This document shows positions 9,806 through 19,434 of a stretch of DNA of 64,000 nt, one piece after another (the first letter of the stretch is position 1; the number at the start of each line of letters is the position of its first letter). The notes below the pieces were generated by a model that saw only the letters and a program-made list of their open reading frames with translations, ran no database searches and had not been told where the DNA came from. The position numbers were made by a program, and so were the translations under genes. Origin of the DNA: Truepera sp. (GTDB lineage Bacteria; Deinococcota; Deinococci; Deinococcales; Trueperaceae); NCBI GenBank assembly GCA_965218435.1, contig CBDCKW010000009.1:1376001-1440000 (forward strand), read 5' to 3'.

Positions 9806-10335
9806 CGGTGCTCTAATGTACGTTGTAAATTGATAAGAAAACGTGGATCAGAACTTGTGTATATGAAGTCCGGCTTGCCATGAGGATAGAACCACACATG
9901 CAAGTCAATGTCTTTGAGGTGATACCTTACTCTTCCAAAGCGTTGCTTGCTCAAATCAGCCACAACCGCGTTGCCAATCTCAATACTCCCTTTCAGCAAA
10001 TCTTCAAGACTCTGACTATTTATGCGAGGGTCTTTTGCTCTCCATGCTAAAACATTTGGCACTAGATGCAAAGGATTAACAGACTTGAACTGTTTACTGG
10101 CCCTGATGATCTTGTCTGCAAGGCTATTGTGTAAAGCATTTGGAAAGATGCTTTTATTAGAGTCCAACTCAGGTAATGACTTTGCTTCACAATAAAAAAA
10201 GGTTCCGTTAGTTGCTGAGACCTTGAAGTCGGGAGTTTTAGTTGTACCCAATGTTCTTCCCCTGTAGCTTTCAACTAGCAGCTCACACGATTGAAAAAAC
10301 TCTTTTGCTTGGGCTTCACAGATTTCTTGAGCCAC
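9802..10335 (-). CDS. Hypothetical low-GC protein with PD-(D/E)xK-like motif
   Basis: KTPDFKV...FYCEAKS; GGAGG RBS; AT-rich relative to flanks. Confidence 0.55.
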   Translation of the reverse strand: MAQEICEAQAKEFFQSCELLVESYRGRTLGTTKTPDFKVSATNGTFFYCEAKSLPELDSNKSIFPNALHNSLADKIIRASKQFKSVNPLHLVPNVLAWRAKDPRINSQSLEDLLKGSIEIGNAVVADLSKQRFGRVRYHLKDIDLHVWFYPHGKPDFIYTSSDPRFLINLQRTLEHR

Positions 10336-10418
10336 CTATCTAAAAACCTCCGTGTATTATGCTGTATGCGTTAAGCGTCTGAAAGTGTTTCCTTAGCAAA
10401 AGTGCGATTAGCTTCCAT

Positions 10419-11466
10419 TAAATCATCTGCGAAATAAGTACACGATCAGAATAAAGTAGCTAGGCTTAGAGAAAGGGTTTAAGTCGGCTTACCAAGCCAG
10501 AGCATCTAACTTTCTGAAGTTATGAAGCCCCGCGATAGCTAAGAAAGTGTCATCATAAACAGCTTTTGGGCCTCGGTAGATACCCGCTAAGAGCTTAAAG
10601 CGTTTCAAGTGAGCCAGTGTGTGCTCGACAGGAAAACGCAGGCTGTTTTGAACTTTGTTGAGGCATTTCTGGATGAAGTCCAGGGGTTTGTTTCTTCTAG
10701 CTTTGCTGGGCTGATGGAAGGTTCTATGGGGAAAATCCTTATCAATACCGTCATATCCTTTGTCCACTCGGACCTCGGTAGCCGTAGGTAAAGCTCGTAA
10801 CACCCCGGTACCTCTAAGGACGTTGACGTCGCTGAATTTGCCTGGTAAAGAACGTGTCACATGAAGGATAAGCTTTGTGTTGGTGGCAGTGATTTGGGTC
10901 TTGAGCGTATGTCGCTTTTTCTTACCTGAATACTTGTCTCTGCGTTCTTGCTTGTCTTTGGGTTTCTGGATTTCTTGCTCGGTAGCATCAACCAAGACTT
11001 CCTTGAACTCAGGATGCTGCTCAAGCAGTTCTTCTAGGCTTGCGATACGCTTTCTTTTAGCTTGACCAAAAAGAACTGTCTCGTGCGCTGGTAAGGGGAG
11101 AACCTCAAGTAGTACAGGTCGAAGTTTGCTGATCAAACGGCTGACGTTACTATCATCCAAGTTGAATAAGTAGCCTAGTAGCAGCTGGGTCAGGTACAAA
11201 CGGTAATACAGCAGCACCCCTAAAACCTGATCCTCTACCCCTAGTTCTGCCTTGCGTCCCCCGCCTACTGCACGTTGACGTAATTTGCCCTGGGTGCCTT
11301 TTGGTTCGGCAAGGCGTACTTCGACCGCTTTACTAAGCAACTTGAACTGCTCGACGCTTAAACCTGTGAAGTTATACAGATGCTTGGGCTTTCTCTTTAA
11401 GCGGCTCGCTTTCATCCTGCTAGTTTAGTCCTTTGACTCCTTCGGCGCTATTTCGCAGATGATTTA
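10419..11466 (-). mobile_element. IS5-family (ISL2/IS702-like) element, copy 1, 1048 bp including flanking TA
   Basis: Terminal inverted repeat (TA)AATCATCTGCGAAATA at both ends; TA duplication; matches 31087-32134. Confidence 0.92.
10489..11415 (-). CDS. DDE transposase (HTH_Tnp_4 + DDE_Tnp_4)
   Basis: FTGLSVEQF, GGGRK, VDATEQ..YSGKKKRHTLK, DKGY, VEH. Confidence 0.92.
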   Translation of the reverse strand: MKASRLKRKPKHLYNFTGLSVEQFKLLSKAVEVRLAEPKGTQGKLRQRAVGGGRKAELGVEDQVLGVLLYYRLYLTQLLLGYLFNLDDSNVSRLISKLRPVLLEVLPLPAHETVLFGQAKRKRIASLEELLEQHPEFKEVLVDATEQEIQKPKDKQERRDKYSGKKKRHTLKTQITATNTKLILHVTRSLPGKFSDVNVLRGTGVLRALPTATEVRVDKGYDGIDKDFPHRTFHQPSKARRNKPLDFIQKCLNKVQNSLRFPVEHTLAHLKRFKLLAGIYRGPKAVYDDTFLAIAGLHNFRKLDALAW

Positions 11467-11602
11467 GTACAAGTGTAACGGCTTCTTGTAAATTTGATCT
11501 GGCCTCTCCAAGCGTAGTGCCCTGTGTATTTGCTCCCGGTAACTCTTCGACGAAAGTGATGTAGCCTTCGTCAAGTTTTTGAAAAACAGCTGTAAGTTTC
11601 AT

Positions 11603-13288
11603 CTAATCTGTCACCGCTCCTTTAGACGCGCTCGAGACCAACTTGGCATATTTCGCCAATACGCCCGTCTGGTACTTGATGGGTGGGGCTTGCCATTCGG
11701 CGCTGCGCTTGACTAGCTCGTCAGCTTCGATGTTGAGCTGGAGCAGCTGTGCCTCGGCGTCAATTGTGACGCTATCGCCTTCATGAACGAGCGCAATCGG
11801 CCCGCCAACTTGCGCTTCGGGGGCGACGTGCCCGACGACGAGCCCATACGTCCCACCGGAAAAGCGTCCATCTGTAATCAGCGCAACCGAATCGCCCAAC
11901 CCTTTGCCGATAATCGCCGAGGTAGGGGAGAGCATTTCACGCATTCCCGGCCCACCTTTGGGGCCTTCGTAGCGGATGACGAGCACATCGCCCGCGCCGA
12001 TACGGTCGTTCATAATCGCGTCCATCGCGTCTTCTTCGGAGTCAAAGACGCGGGCGGGACCGGTAATTTTGGTACTCCGCAAGCCGCTGATTTTAGCGAC
12101 TGAGCCTTCGGGTGCGAGGTTGCCCTTCAAGATGGCGAGGTGGCCCCGCGGGTACATCGGCTGGTCAAAAGGCAGCACCACATCTTGGCCTTCAGGCAGC
12201 ATACCGGAGACGTCTCTAAGGTTTTCCGCCACAGTCTCACCTGTCACGGTCAGGCAGTCGCCGTGTAGTAACCCTTGGTCTAAAAGCATCTTCATAATGA
12301 GCGGAATCCCGCCGACTTCGTGCAGGTCGGTCGCTACGTAACGGCCCGAGGGTTTGAGGTCTACGAGGTGCGGCGTGCGTTCACGGATGCGTTCAAAGTC
12401 TTCTAAGGTCAGCTCAACCTCGGCTGCGTGTGCGATAGCGAGCAGGTGCAGCACGGCGTTCGTTGAACCACCAACCGCCATCACGGTGGTAATCCCGTTT
12501 TCAAACGCTTCTTTGGTCAAGATTTTACGGGGGGTGAGGTCTGATTCAATGAGTTTAAGTAACGCTTCACCGCTCTGCGCTGCACTCTCGAGTTTCTCGT
12601 CGTCTTCTGCCGCCATCGTAGACGAGTACGGCAAGCTCATCCCCATCGCCTCAAACGCGCTCGACATGGTGTTCGCGGTGTACATCCCGCCGCACGACCC
12701 TTTGCCGGGACAAGCGCGGCGTTCGACTTGCTGGTAGGTCTCGAGCGGAATCCGACCCGCGTTGTACTCCCCGACCGCCTCGAACATGCTGACAATGGTC
12801 AGGTCTTTGCCGTCATAGTGGCCCGGTTTGATGGTGCCGCCGTAAACGAACACCGCCGGAATATCGAGGCGCGCCATCGCAATCATCGCCCCCGGCATGT
12901 TCTTGTCACAGCCGCCGACCGCGAGCACGCCGTCCATACTCTGCCCACGGCAGACGGTCTCTACCGAATCGGCAATCACTTCGCGGCTGACAAGGCTGCA
13001 CTTCATCCCTTCAGTCCCCATTGAAATACCGTCTGATACGGTAATCGTCCCGAACGTTTGCGGCATTCCGCCGGCTCTGCGAATGGCGTCTACCGCTGCG
13101 TCGCTCAGTTCACCGAGACCCGAATTGCACGGGGTAATGGTTGAATGTCCGTTGGCCACGGCGATAATCGGCTTCTCAAAGTCTTCATCGGTAAAACCGA
13201 CCGCGCGCATCATGGCGCGGTTGGGGCCGCGCTCCACGCCTTCGGTGATGGTGCGGCTACGGCGGTTGAGTCTGGGTTTGGTCGTCAT
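11603..13288 (-). CDS. ilvD: Dihydroxy-acid dehydratase
   Basis: [55 protein letters not shown] before ATG 13288. Confidence 0.96.
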   Translation of the reverse strand: MTTKPRLNRRSRTITEGVERGPNRAMMRAVGFTDEDFEKPIIAVANGHSTITPCNSGLGELSDAAVDAIRRAGGMPQTFGTITVSDGISMGTEGMKCSLVSREVIADSVETVCRGQSMDGVLAVGGCDKNMPGAMIAMARLDIPAVFVYGGTIKPGHYDGKDLTIVSMFEAVGEYNAGRIPLETYQQVERRACPGKGSCGGMYTANTMSSAFEAMGMSLPYSSTMAAEDDEKLESAAQSGEALLKLIESDLTPRKILTKEAFENGITTVMAVGGSTNAVLHLLAIAHAAEVELTLEDFERIRERTPHLVDLKPSGRYVATDLHEVGGIPLIMKMLLDQGLLHGDCLTVTGETVAENLRDVSGMLPEGQDVVLPFDQPMYPRGHLAILKGNLAPEGSVAKISGLRSTKITGPARVFDSEEDAMDAIMNDRIGAGDVLVIRYEGPKGGPGMREMLSPTSAIIGKGLGDSVALITDGRFSGGTYGLVVGHVAPEAQVGGPIALVHEGDSVTIDAEAQLLQLNIEADELVKRSAEWQAPPIKYQTGVLAKYAKLVSSASKGAVTD

Positions 13289-13454
13289 CTGAGCCTCCAC
13301 GAGTAGCGCCACGGTTAAAAAGCATCACGGTTAGAAAGACTGCTGCGGCGCTACGAACGCACTATCTTACCGCAGCTCGTTCTTTAGGGGCATGGGCTGC
13401 TTGGCCTTATGCGGGTAGAGATACGGGTCTGGCACAGGGGCTGAACGAAAACGA

Positions 13455-13590
13455 ACTCCTGATCCTGCTGGCACTCACCGTTGGCCCCGGTCTAACACAT
13501 AACGTTTGCCACGGATCGGAGACATCTTGGTAACTGCCAGCTGTGAAGTTATCTGCGGCGCAGACTCGTTTGTAGAGACTGAATACGCAC
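13455..13590 (+). mobile_element. Highly degraded ISAs1-type transposase fragment
   Basis: Translates ..PDP..RIGDILVTASCEVICGADSFVETE, resembling the ISAs1 N-terminus DILVIAICAVICGADSWVEIE. Confidence 0.45.
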
Positions 13591-13973
13591 AGGGTAGGTC
13601 TACTCGTAGCAAAGGTCATGGACGTACTGAAACCAGAGACACGTGGCTACTGACCTCAGCTTCTTAGCCAACGTTTTACCTGGCGCGAGCTTGCGGGTGT
13701 CGGGCGGGTCAGGGGTACACGAGTAAACGGAGAGACTACCGTGTATAACCGTTACTTGCCCGCTCGAGTGACGCTGAAACGCTTTCCTACGCCATGCGTT
13801 CACCATCTAGCTTTGAACCAACTTAAACAAGAAAAGCTCTGAAAGCGAGTATCAAAACTAAACGCAAGAGAGCGGGCCGGGATGACGGCTGTCTGCTTAG
13901 AGCGTTGTATGTGTAAGCCCTGGTCCGGGGCTTGGCATAAACGCGCGTGGTTTGATATACTCCGTAGTCTTGT

Positions 13974-14049
<76 letters not shown>

Positions 14050-14072
14050 TAAGAAAGCCGTCAGAGACGTAA

Positions 14073-14107
14073 AAGAGAAGCCCCGCTAAGTGCGGGGCTC
14101 TTCTCTT
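14073..14107. terminator. Terminator hairpin after the tRNA
   Basis: AAGAGAAGCCCCGC-TAAGT-GCGGGGCTCTTCTCTT. Confidence 0.75.
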
Positions 14108-14145
14108 GTGTGCCGATTTACAGCTTAATTACAGCTACAAGATTT

Positions 14146-14270
14146 TTAGTTTGCCGTGCTAGGGTCGCCTTTAGGGAGAAAGTCCAAGAGCAAGACGGCG
14201 CTGTTTGCCCGCTGTTCGTCGAACAGATGTGTGTACGCGTCGAGGGTAAACGAGGCTCGAGCTGAGTCCC
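14146..14270 (-). pseudogene. Tyrosine integrase C-terminal remnant
   Basis: Manual translation ..SARASFTLDAYTHLFDEQRANSAVLLLDFLPKGDPSTAN* matches the LGH..ASFTLDxYTH catalytic-Tyr box; points toward the tRNA. Confidence 0.7.
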
Positions 14271-14486
14271 GAGTACACTACTTTAGCTGAAGCTGAGGAC
14301 GCCTTGACAGAAGCCCGCTGTGTGTTTGAACTCGCACGGCTTGAAGGGCAGGCGTAGCTGCCCTTCACTGTTTGTGTCCTTGTAACAACTTTTGCAAAAA
14401 TCTAGTGAGAGAAACTTGAGTTATCATGGTTTTGCAACCATAGTGCCGGGGCTAGAAGCTGCACACCTTACTTGACGGGAGACCTT

Positions 14487-15548
14487 ATGAAGCGTTCAGT
14501 ATTTATTGTCCTCACCCTGTTACTCGCCGCCTGTAGCGGTACTGGTACCATTGTTGACCCGGTACCAGTACCACCGCCCAGCATCGGCAGCTTTACCGCC
14601 TCACCGCCTACTATCGCAGCACCGGGCGACCCGGCTACCCTTAACTGGCAAATTACGGGCGGTTTCGACACGTTGCAACTTACCGACAGCACCTCAACCA
14701 ACGTCTTAAATGTCGTCGGTACGTCATTCACGGTCAATCCGCAAACGACCACAACCTACCGCCTCACGGTGACAAGTCCCAGCGGCAGCGCCTCGAGTGA
14801 AACGACCGTGGTGCTTCAGGGCACCGACCCGACACCCCAACCTACGCCCACGCCGCCGACGCCAGACCCTGGCCCCCCCAGCACACCTAAACCGGCAAAG
14901 CCGACGATCAATAGCTTTCGTGCAAGTCCGCTCACCATCCAGCCGGGTGATAGCGCCGCTCTCGAGTGGAACGTTTCAGGGGCAACAAGCCTCAAGATAG
15001 ATAAGGGCGTCGGTGCGGTCACGGGTACAAGTACAAACGTCAGCCCGAGCAAGACCACCACCTACACGCTTACAGCAACCAACGCTGGAGGAAGCGTGAG
15101 CGCCAAAGCCACCGTGACGGTTGCTGGTGCTCCTGAGGAGCCGCAGAGCTTTGTAGGTCGCTGGCTGGTGACGTTTACGGGTGGCAATGACGAAACACCA
15201 GAAGTTATTTATGTTTATGAGCTAGACATCATGACTGACGGCAGCGGTAAATATCTGTTTTGCCATACCGAGCTTCGCGGTAGGCTTTGCAGTGAAGTCA
15301 ACACAGCTGATGGGAACGGGTACATTACAGGAAACCCAAACACGCAAGATATCACCTTGGCTTTGGAAAACGACCCCGACGATTATGGCGGCACATACGT
15401 TCTTTTTGCAGGCGGCTTGACGCTCAGTATAGGGGAAAACGGTAGACAGTATTTAGATGGTAACGCTAGGCATATAGGCACACAGGACGTTCGATTTGAA
15501 GGCACAGTTCACGCCGAAAACGTCAGCTCGCCCCGTCAGCTCAACTAA
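14487..15548 (+). CDS. Lipoprotein with two Ig-like repeats and a Pro-rich linker
   Basis: Lipobox LLAAC; two PxIxSFxASP..ATLxW..TTTYxLT repeats; PTPQPTPTPPTP linker. Confidence 0.8.
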   Translation: MKRSVFIVLTLLLAACSGTGTIVDPVPVPPPSIGSFTASPPTIAAPGDPATLNWQITGGFDTLQLTDSTSTNVLNVVGTSFTVNPQTTTTYRLTVTSPSGSASSETTVVLQGTDPTPQPTPTPPTPDPGPPSTPKPAKPTINSFRASPLTIQPGDSAALEWNVSGATSLKIDKGVGAVTGTSTNVSPSKTTTYTLTATNAGGSVSAKATVTVAGAPEEPQSFVGRWLVTFTGGNDETPEVIYVYELDIMTDGSGKYLFCHTELRGRLCSEVNTADGNGYITGNPNTQDITLALENDPDDYGGTYVLFAGGLTLSIGENGRQYLDGNARHIGTQDVRFEGTVHAENVSSPRQLN

Positions 15549-15849
15549 TGCCCGACGACCCCGGTCCCAGGGTTCTCTTTTGTCATGTCCCCAGGGGCTA
15601 TGAGTATGGGGATATGACGTTTTAATGACCACAAGGTATACCCTCACCTGAAGCTGCTCACTGTAGCGTCATGAGATAAGACAGCCCCGCACATAGCCGC
15701 GATGAGAGTGCAGGGCTGACCCGGTAAGGGACGTTTAGCGTAGCAGATGAATGTCAGCGTAAGTATGGGGTATTTCGCCTAGCTTAGAAGCTGGAAAAAC
15801 TAAACGACATCGGTTCGGACATCGTTACCGGCTTAACGTTCTCCCAATA

Positions 15850-16730
15850 CTAAGCAGCTAAGGCTACGGCTAACACCATGTCGTCATGCGGGTTCTCACG
15901 CCACGGCCCGACGTCGTTTCCGTAGGAGTCGTGACCTTTTAAGCTAATTGAGACTTTGAACGCCAGCTCACTTGTCAGGGTTGACGCTTCGGATGAGCCC
16001 TTAGCGATCTCGAGCCGCTCACTCTGTAACGAGACTTGTACGGTGCAAGGTCTTGCTTGGGGACGCGGTAGTCGCTCCCGTCGCTGCTCACCGTGTCACC
16101 TCCGGTCATCGTTACAGACACCGGCCTAAGCTCCGCACTTCTCAGCGTGTCCATGACCGGACAGCCCGTTCCGGTTGCGTCGGCCGCAAGGCGCGGACGC
16201 GTTCCAGTTATCTTATATAGCTCGTCCGATAACTGCTCGAGCTGAGCCGGGTCGGGCGTGCCGAGAGGGAGACGCCCGCGGCGGCGTGCGGCGTAGGGGT
16301 GTTTATAGACCGGGTATCTCTTATGAGCGCCCCCGGCGATAAGCCGCCCATTTCTGTAAACCGTTGAGTTCGGTTTGCCTCTCATAGCTTTGCCCGTGTT
16401 ATACGAGGTGCGCTCGAGTATCGTTAGCGCGGTGTAATCAGCACTTTGCCTTGAATCAACGTTCAGGATAAACCCCTTTACAGCGCCTCCAAAAAGTAGG
16501 TGCACATCATCCGAGAGTGCCCCTATCACGTCGTCATAACTAAATACTGAGGCGGTACTTTCGTTGAACTGACACAGATATTCCTGTTCAAATCACCACG
16601 AGTTCATACTCGAGCGTTCCTCTGCTGGAAACGCCTGTGAGATGTGCGGTACGTCGGTAGCAGAACCTCTACCTTCTGCCGGGTTGTCCCGGTGTCCCAT
16701 TTATTCCAGAGATAGCTTCTTTTGCCAAAA
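15850..16730 (-). pseudogene. Degraded phage terminase large subunit (ATPase C-terminus plus nuclease domain)
   Basis: ATDVPHISQAF..EERSSMNSW*FEQEYLCQF..VFSYDDV; D..QSADYTAL; LPLGTP; DATGTG.PV.D.LR; V..TGGD; YRVPK.DL; frame-shifted FKVSISLKGHDSYG..WRENPHDDMVLAVALAA*. Confidence 0.75.
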
Positions 16731-16924
16731 GTATTTCTTAAAGCTTACGGCGTCACTGAGTTAGATAGGGCCATGCTAGACGTTTACCGAATGTCGGAGT
16801 TTTTTCGCTGAGTGCATACGCTACATAGTCTCTCAACTCGAGATATTGACGGCATGTGGCTAAATACTGACTTACAAACGGTAGGGCGACGACGTTGGGA
16901 TTTGGAACAGCTTAAACTAAAGGT

Positions 16925-17143
16925 ATGAATGTGATTTCTGTCCTTATCGGGATCGTCGCCCTGATCATCGCGCTCGTCGGGTTTATTCCCCTTTTAGGTA
17001 TCATCAACTGGATTGCGATTCCTATCGCCGTTGTCGGGCTGATCGTCGGGATGTTTGACGCACGCACGACCGGGCGTAACATCAACGCGGTGGTGCTCGT
17101 GTTTGCCGTCATCCGTTTGTTTTTAGGCGGCGGTCTGCTCTAA
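16925..17143 (+). CDS. Small membrane protein
   Basis: 72 aa, hydrophobic, FIPLLGIINW and RLFLGGGLL. Confidence 0.75.
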   Translation: MNVISVLIGIVALIIALVGFIPLLGIINWIAIPIAVVGLIVGMFDARTTGRNINAVVLVFAVIRLFLGGGLL

Positions 17144-17423
17144 TACTGATCTCATGCCTGCGACCTTACTCTTTTACCGTTCAGCGGACTCTGCAACGCA
17201 CCACGAATATTTCGGCGCGGTGACGAGCGGCCCGCCTTACGCGCAGCACTATCAGGTCAAAAGGCGAGAGGGCGGCGCACCCGATTGGCAGCGGTGGTCG
17301 GTGCAGGCTTTGACCCGTGATCAGTTTGACGCACTCGAGACCACCCAACCCCCTTACGAACCCCTATCCTATCGAGCAAACTGCGTTTTTGCAGCTCCTG
17401 AAAACCTTCGTACTGCCGCCGCT

Positions 17424-18206
17424 CTAGCTCGCCTCGCTCAGCTCCCGCGCCCGGACGCTCGCGTCTTCCACGGCCTGCATCGTCGCGTAGCGGAGACCGT
17501 GTTTCTCGAGCGCCTTGACCCCGGTAATCGCGGTACCGCCTGCACTTGCCACCTCATCTTTGAGGCTGCCGGGGGTACGGGTCTCGAGCAGCACCGCGCT
17601 CGCCGCCAAAACCTGTTGGGCGAGCCTTTGCGCCACCTCTCGGCTCAGTCCGACCCGGACCCCGCCGTCGGCCAACGCTTCGGCAAAAAGGGCGGCAAAC
17701 GCAGGGCCTGACCCGGCGAGTCCGGTAAACGCGTCGAAGAGCCTTTCGGGGACCTCGTACACGGTACCGACAGCGGCGAAGAGCTGATGGGCGGTATGAA
17801 GGTCTTCCGGCGTCGCTTGAGGCAGTGCGGCAACCGCCGTTGCTGAGAGGCCGACCCGTGCGCCCAAGTTGGGCATCGCCCGGACGACCCGGCTGCTCCC
17901 GACCCGCCGCGCGATGACCTCCGCCGACACGCCCGCCATCAGCGACACGTAAGCGGCTGAACGCCGCGCAATCAGGGGCGCAACCTCGGCAAATGATTGG
18001 GGTTTGACGGCGATCAAGATGCGCTCGGCCCCGTGAACCCCATCGTCGGATAAGGGCGCGACGCCGAACATGTCAGCAAGCGCATTTCGCCGCGCTTCGT
18101 CCGGATGATAGATGCCGACTTCGGACGCTTCTAACACACCTGCTCGCAGCGCCCCGGTTAGGACCGCGCCGCCCATCTTGCCCGCGCCGACCAACGCGAG
18201 CTTCAC
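17424..18206 (-). CDS. proC: Pyrroline-5-carboxylate reductase
   Basis: GAGKMG, IAVKPQ, SLMAGV, RAMPN, GSGPA, VASAGGTA. Confidence 0.93.
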   Translation of the reverse strand: MKLALVGAGKMGGAVLTGALRAGVLEASEVGIYHPDEARRNALADMFGVAPLSDDGVHGAERILIAVKPQSFAEVAPLIARRSAAYVSLMAGVSAEVIARRVGSSRVVRAMPNLGARVGLSATAVAALPQATPEDLHTAHQLFAAVGTVYEVPERLFDAFTGLAGSGPAFAALFAEALADGGVRVGLSREVAQRLAQQVLAASAVLLETRTPGSLKDEVASAGGTAITGVKALEKHGLRYATMQAVEDASVRARELSEAS

Positions 18207-18256
18207 CGGGTAGCCTGAATGACGTAGAGAACGGTCAGTTGAAAAGGTACTCGCAT
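18203..18256 (-). CDS. Putative 17-aa leaderless uORF coupled to proC
   Basis: TAGACT-N6-ATG; MRVPFQLTVLYVIQATR*; its TGA overlaps the proC GTG (GTGA). Confidence 0.4.
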   Translation of the reverse strand: MRVPFQLTVLYVIQATR

Positions 18257-18274
18257 CCCCCTAGTCTAGCCTGC

Positions 18275-18679
18275 TTACGCTTTACGGCGTTGCCACAGAC
18301 GGATAAGCAGGTAAACGACTAGGGCAGCGGCGCTCGCCCCGAGCGTGTCGGCCACCCAGTCCCACGCATCTGAATCGCGCCCCGGTACATACGACTGATG
18401 AAGCTCGTCCGAGACGCCGTACGCCGACGCGAGCAGCACCGCCAGCCAAACGCGGCCTGTCGCCAGATAAAGAAGCCCTGCCAGCACGCCGAAGTTGCCT
18501 GCGTGATAGAACTTGTCCCACGGCGGCGAGAGGTCTAAAAAGCCGCCGACCCCCTGCGCGTCGGGTGACGACGAGAGCCAAAAGGTCAACCCGGCCCAGA
18601 GCACGGTGGCGATGCCGAATACTATTCTGTAGGACGGTTTAAGCGTGCGGATACTCGACCAACTCCACAAGCACCCCAC
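18275..18679 (-). CDS. VanZ family membrane protein (start uncertain)
   Basis: FWLSS, DKFYHAGNFGVL, YGVSDELHQSYVPGR, DWVAD. Confidence 0.85.
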   Translation of the reverse strand: MGCLWSWSSIRTLKPSYRIVFGIATVLWAGLTFWLSSSPDAQGVGGFLDLSPPWDKFYHAGNFGVLAGLLYLATGRVWLAVLLASAYGVSDELHQSYVPGRDSDAWDWVADTLGASAAALVVYLLIRLWQRRKA

Positions 18680-19049
18680 CGGTCCAGTTGGGGTGTAAAA
18701 AGATAACGCGGGTACCGTGCCGTCCGGGGCGAGGTGTCCCGATTAGCTCGGCACCTCGAGCGGTCAAACGCTCAATATCTGCATCCAAATCAAGCGTGCG
18801 AAACGCGGCGTGGTGCAGTCCGGGGCCGCGCTTTTCTAAAAACCCTTGTAGTGGACTCTCAGAAGTGAGGGGCCCGAGTAGCTCTACCAAACTTTCCCCC
18901 CCGCGCAACATTCTTACCCGGACGCCTTCACCTGCAACCTCTTCGTCGTCGCCGTCTCTGACAAGTCCCAAAAGCTCATAGGTCTGTGAAGCGGCTTCCA
19001 AATCACGCACGGCAATCCCGAGATGGTCTAGAGGTAAACCGACCGACAT
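18639..19049 (-). CDS. mce: Methylmalonyl-CoA epimerase (VOC family)
   Basis: DHLGIAV, ELLGP, FLEKRGPGLHH, FLHP..GGVLVELVE. Confidence 0.82.
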   Translation of the reverse strand: MSVGLPLDHLGIAVRDLEAASQTYELLGLVRDGDDEEVAGEGVRVRMLRGGESLVELLGPLTSESPLQGFLEKRGPGLHHAAFRTLDLDADIERLTARGAELIGTPRPGRHGTRVIFLHPNWTGGVLVELVEYPHA

Positions 19050-19057
19050 AACGTAAT

Positions 19058-19390
19058 TTAGCCTCTAACGTGGCTCGGTTTCGGAGCCATCATGACGAGC
19101 AAGACGACCTGTGTTCCCGAATCGTTACGGACGCCGTGCGGCACCCCGGCACGGGCAATCACGGCGCTGCCCTCCGCGAGCAACTCGCGTTCACCGTCAA
19201 TCTCGAACAGTGCTTCGCCTTCTAACACGACATAGACCTTATCTTCAGCTACGTGCGTATGAACGCGCTGCGCTTGCCCCGGCCCCAAGCAGTACTGGTC
19301 ACAGAGCAGCCGCTCGGACGCAAAAACCGGAACCTTTTGCATTTTTCCCGCCGCAAACGACCGTTGGCCGAAGAGGTCAATGTATTCCAT
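19058..19390 (-). CDS. Cupin domain protein
   Basis: PGQAQRVHTH..DKVYVVLEG, GVPHGVRN; leaderless TATGCT-N6-ATG. Confidence 0.85.
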   Translation of the reverse strand: MEYIDLFGQRSFAAGKMQKVPVFASERLLCDQYCLGPGQAQRVHTHVAEDKVYVVLEGEALFEIDGERELLAEGSAVIARAGVPHGVRNDSGTQVVLLVMMAPKPSHVRG

Positions 19391-19434
19391 AGCGCCAGCA
19401 TACTCTTTTGGGTCATCCGCACTTTAAGGTAGGG

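Larger units (their letters stand above)
10371..11602 (-). pseudogene. hicB: HicB-family antitoxin split by an IS
   Basis: MKLTAVFQKLDEGYITFVEELPGANTQGTTLGEARSNLQEAVTLVL | IS | MEANRTFAKETLSDA*; removing the IS and one TA restores the frame. Confidence 0.8.

Noticed and set aside
11783..13292. Several plus-strand ORFs over ilvD, and similar shadows over argH, ftsH, trpE and the permeases
   Set aside because: Antisense or alternate-frame shadows typical of GC-rich coding DNA
15550..15730. Hairpins downstream of the island lipoprotein as an ncRNA
   Set aside because: Two imperfect stems only; no recognisable RNA family features
17154..17711. 185-aa plus-strand ORF
   Set aside because: Its second half is antisense to proC; the first ~90 codons might be a real small gene but I cannot support it
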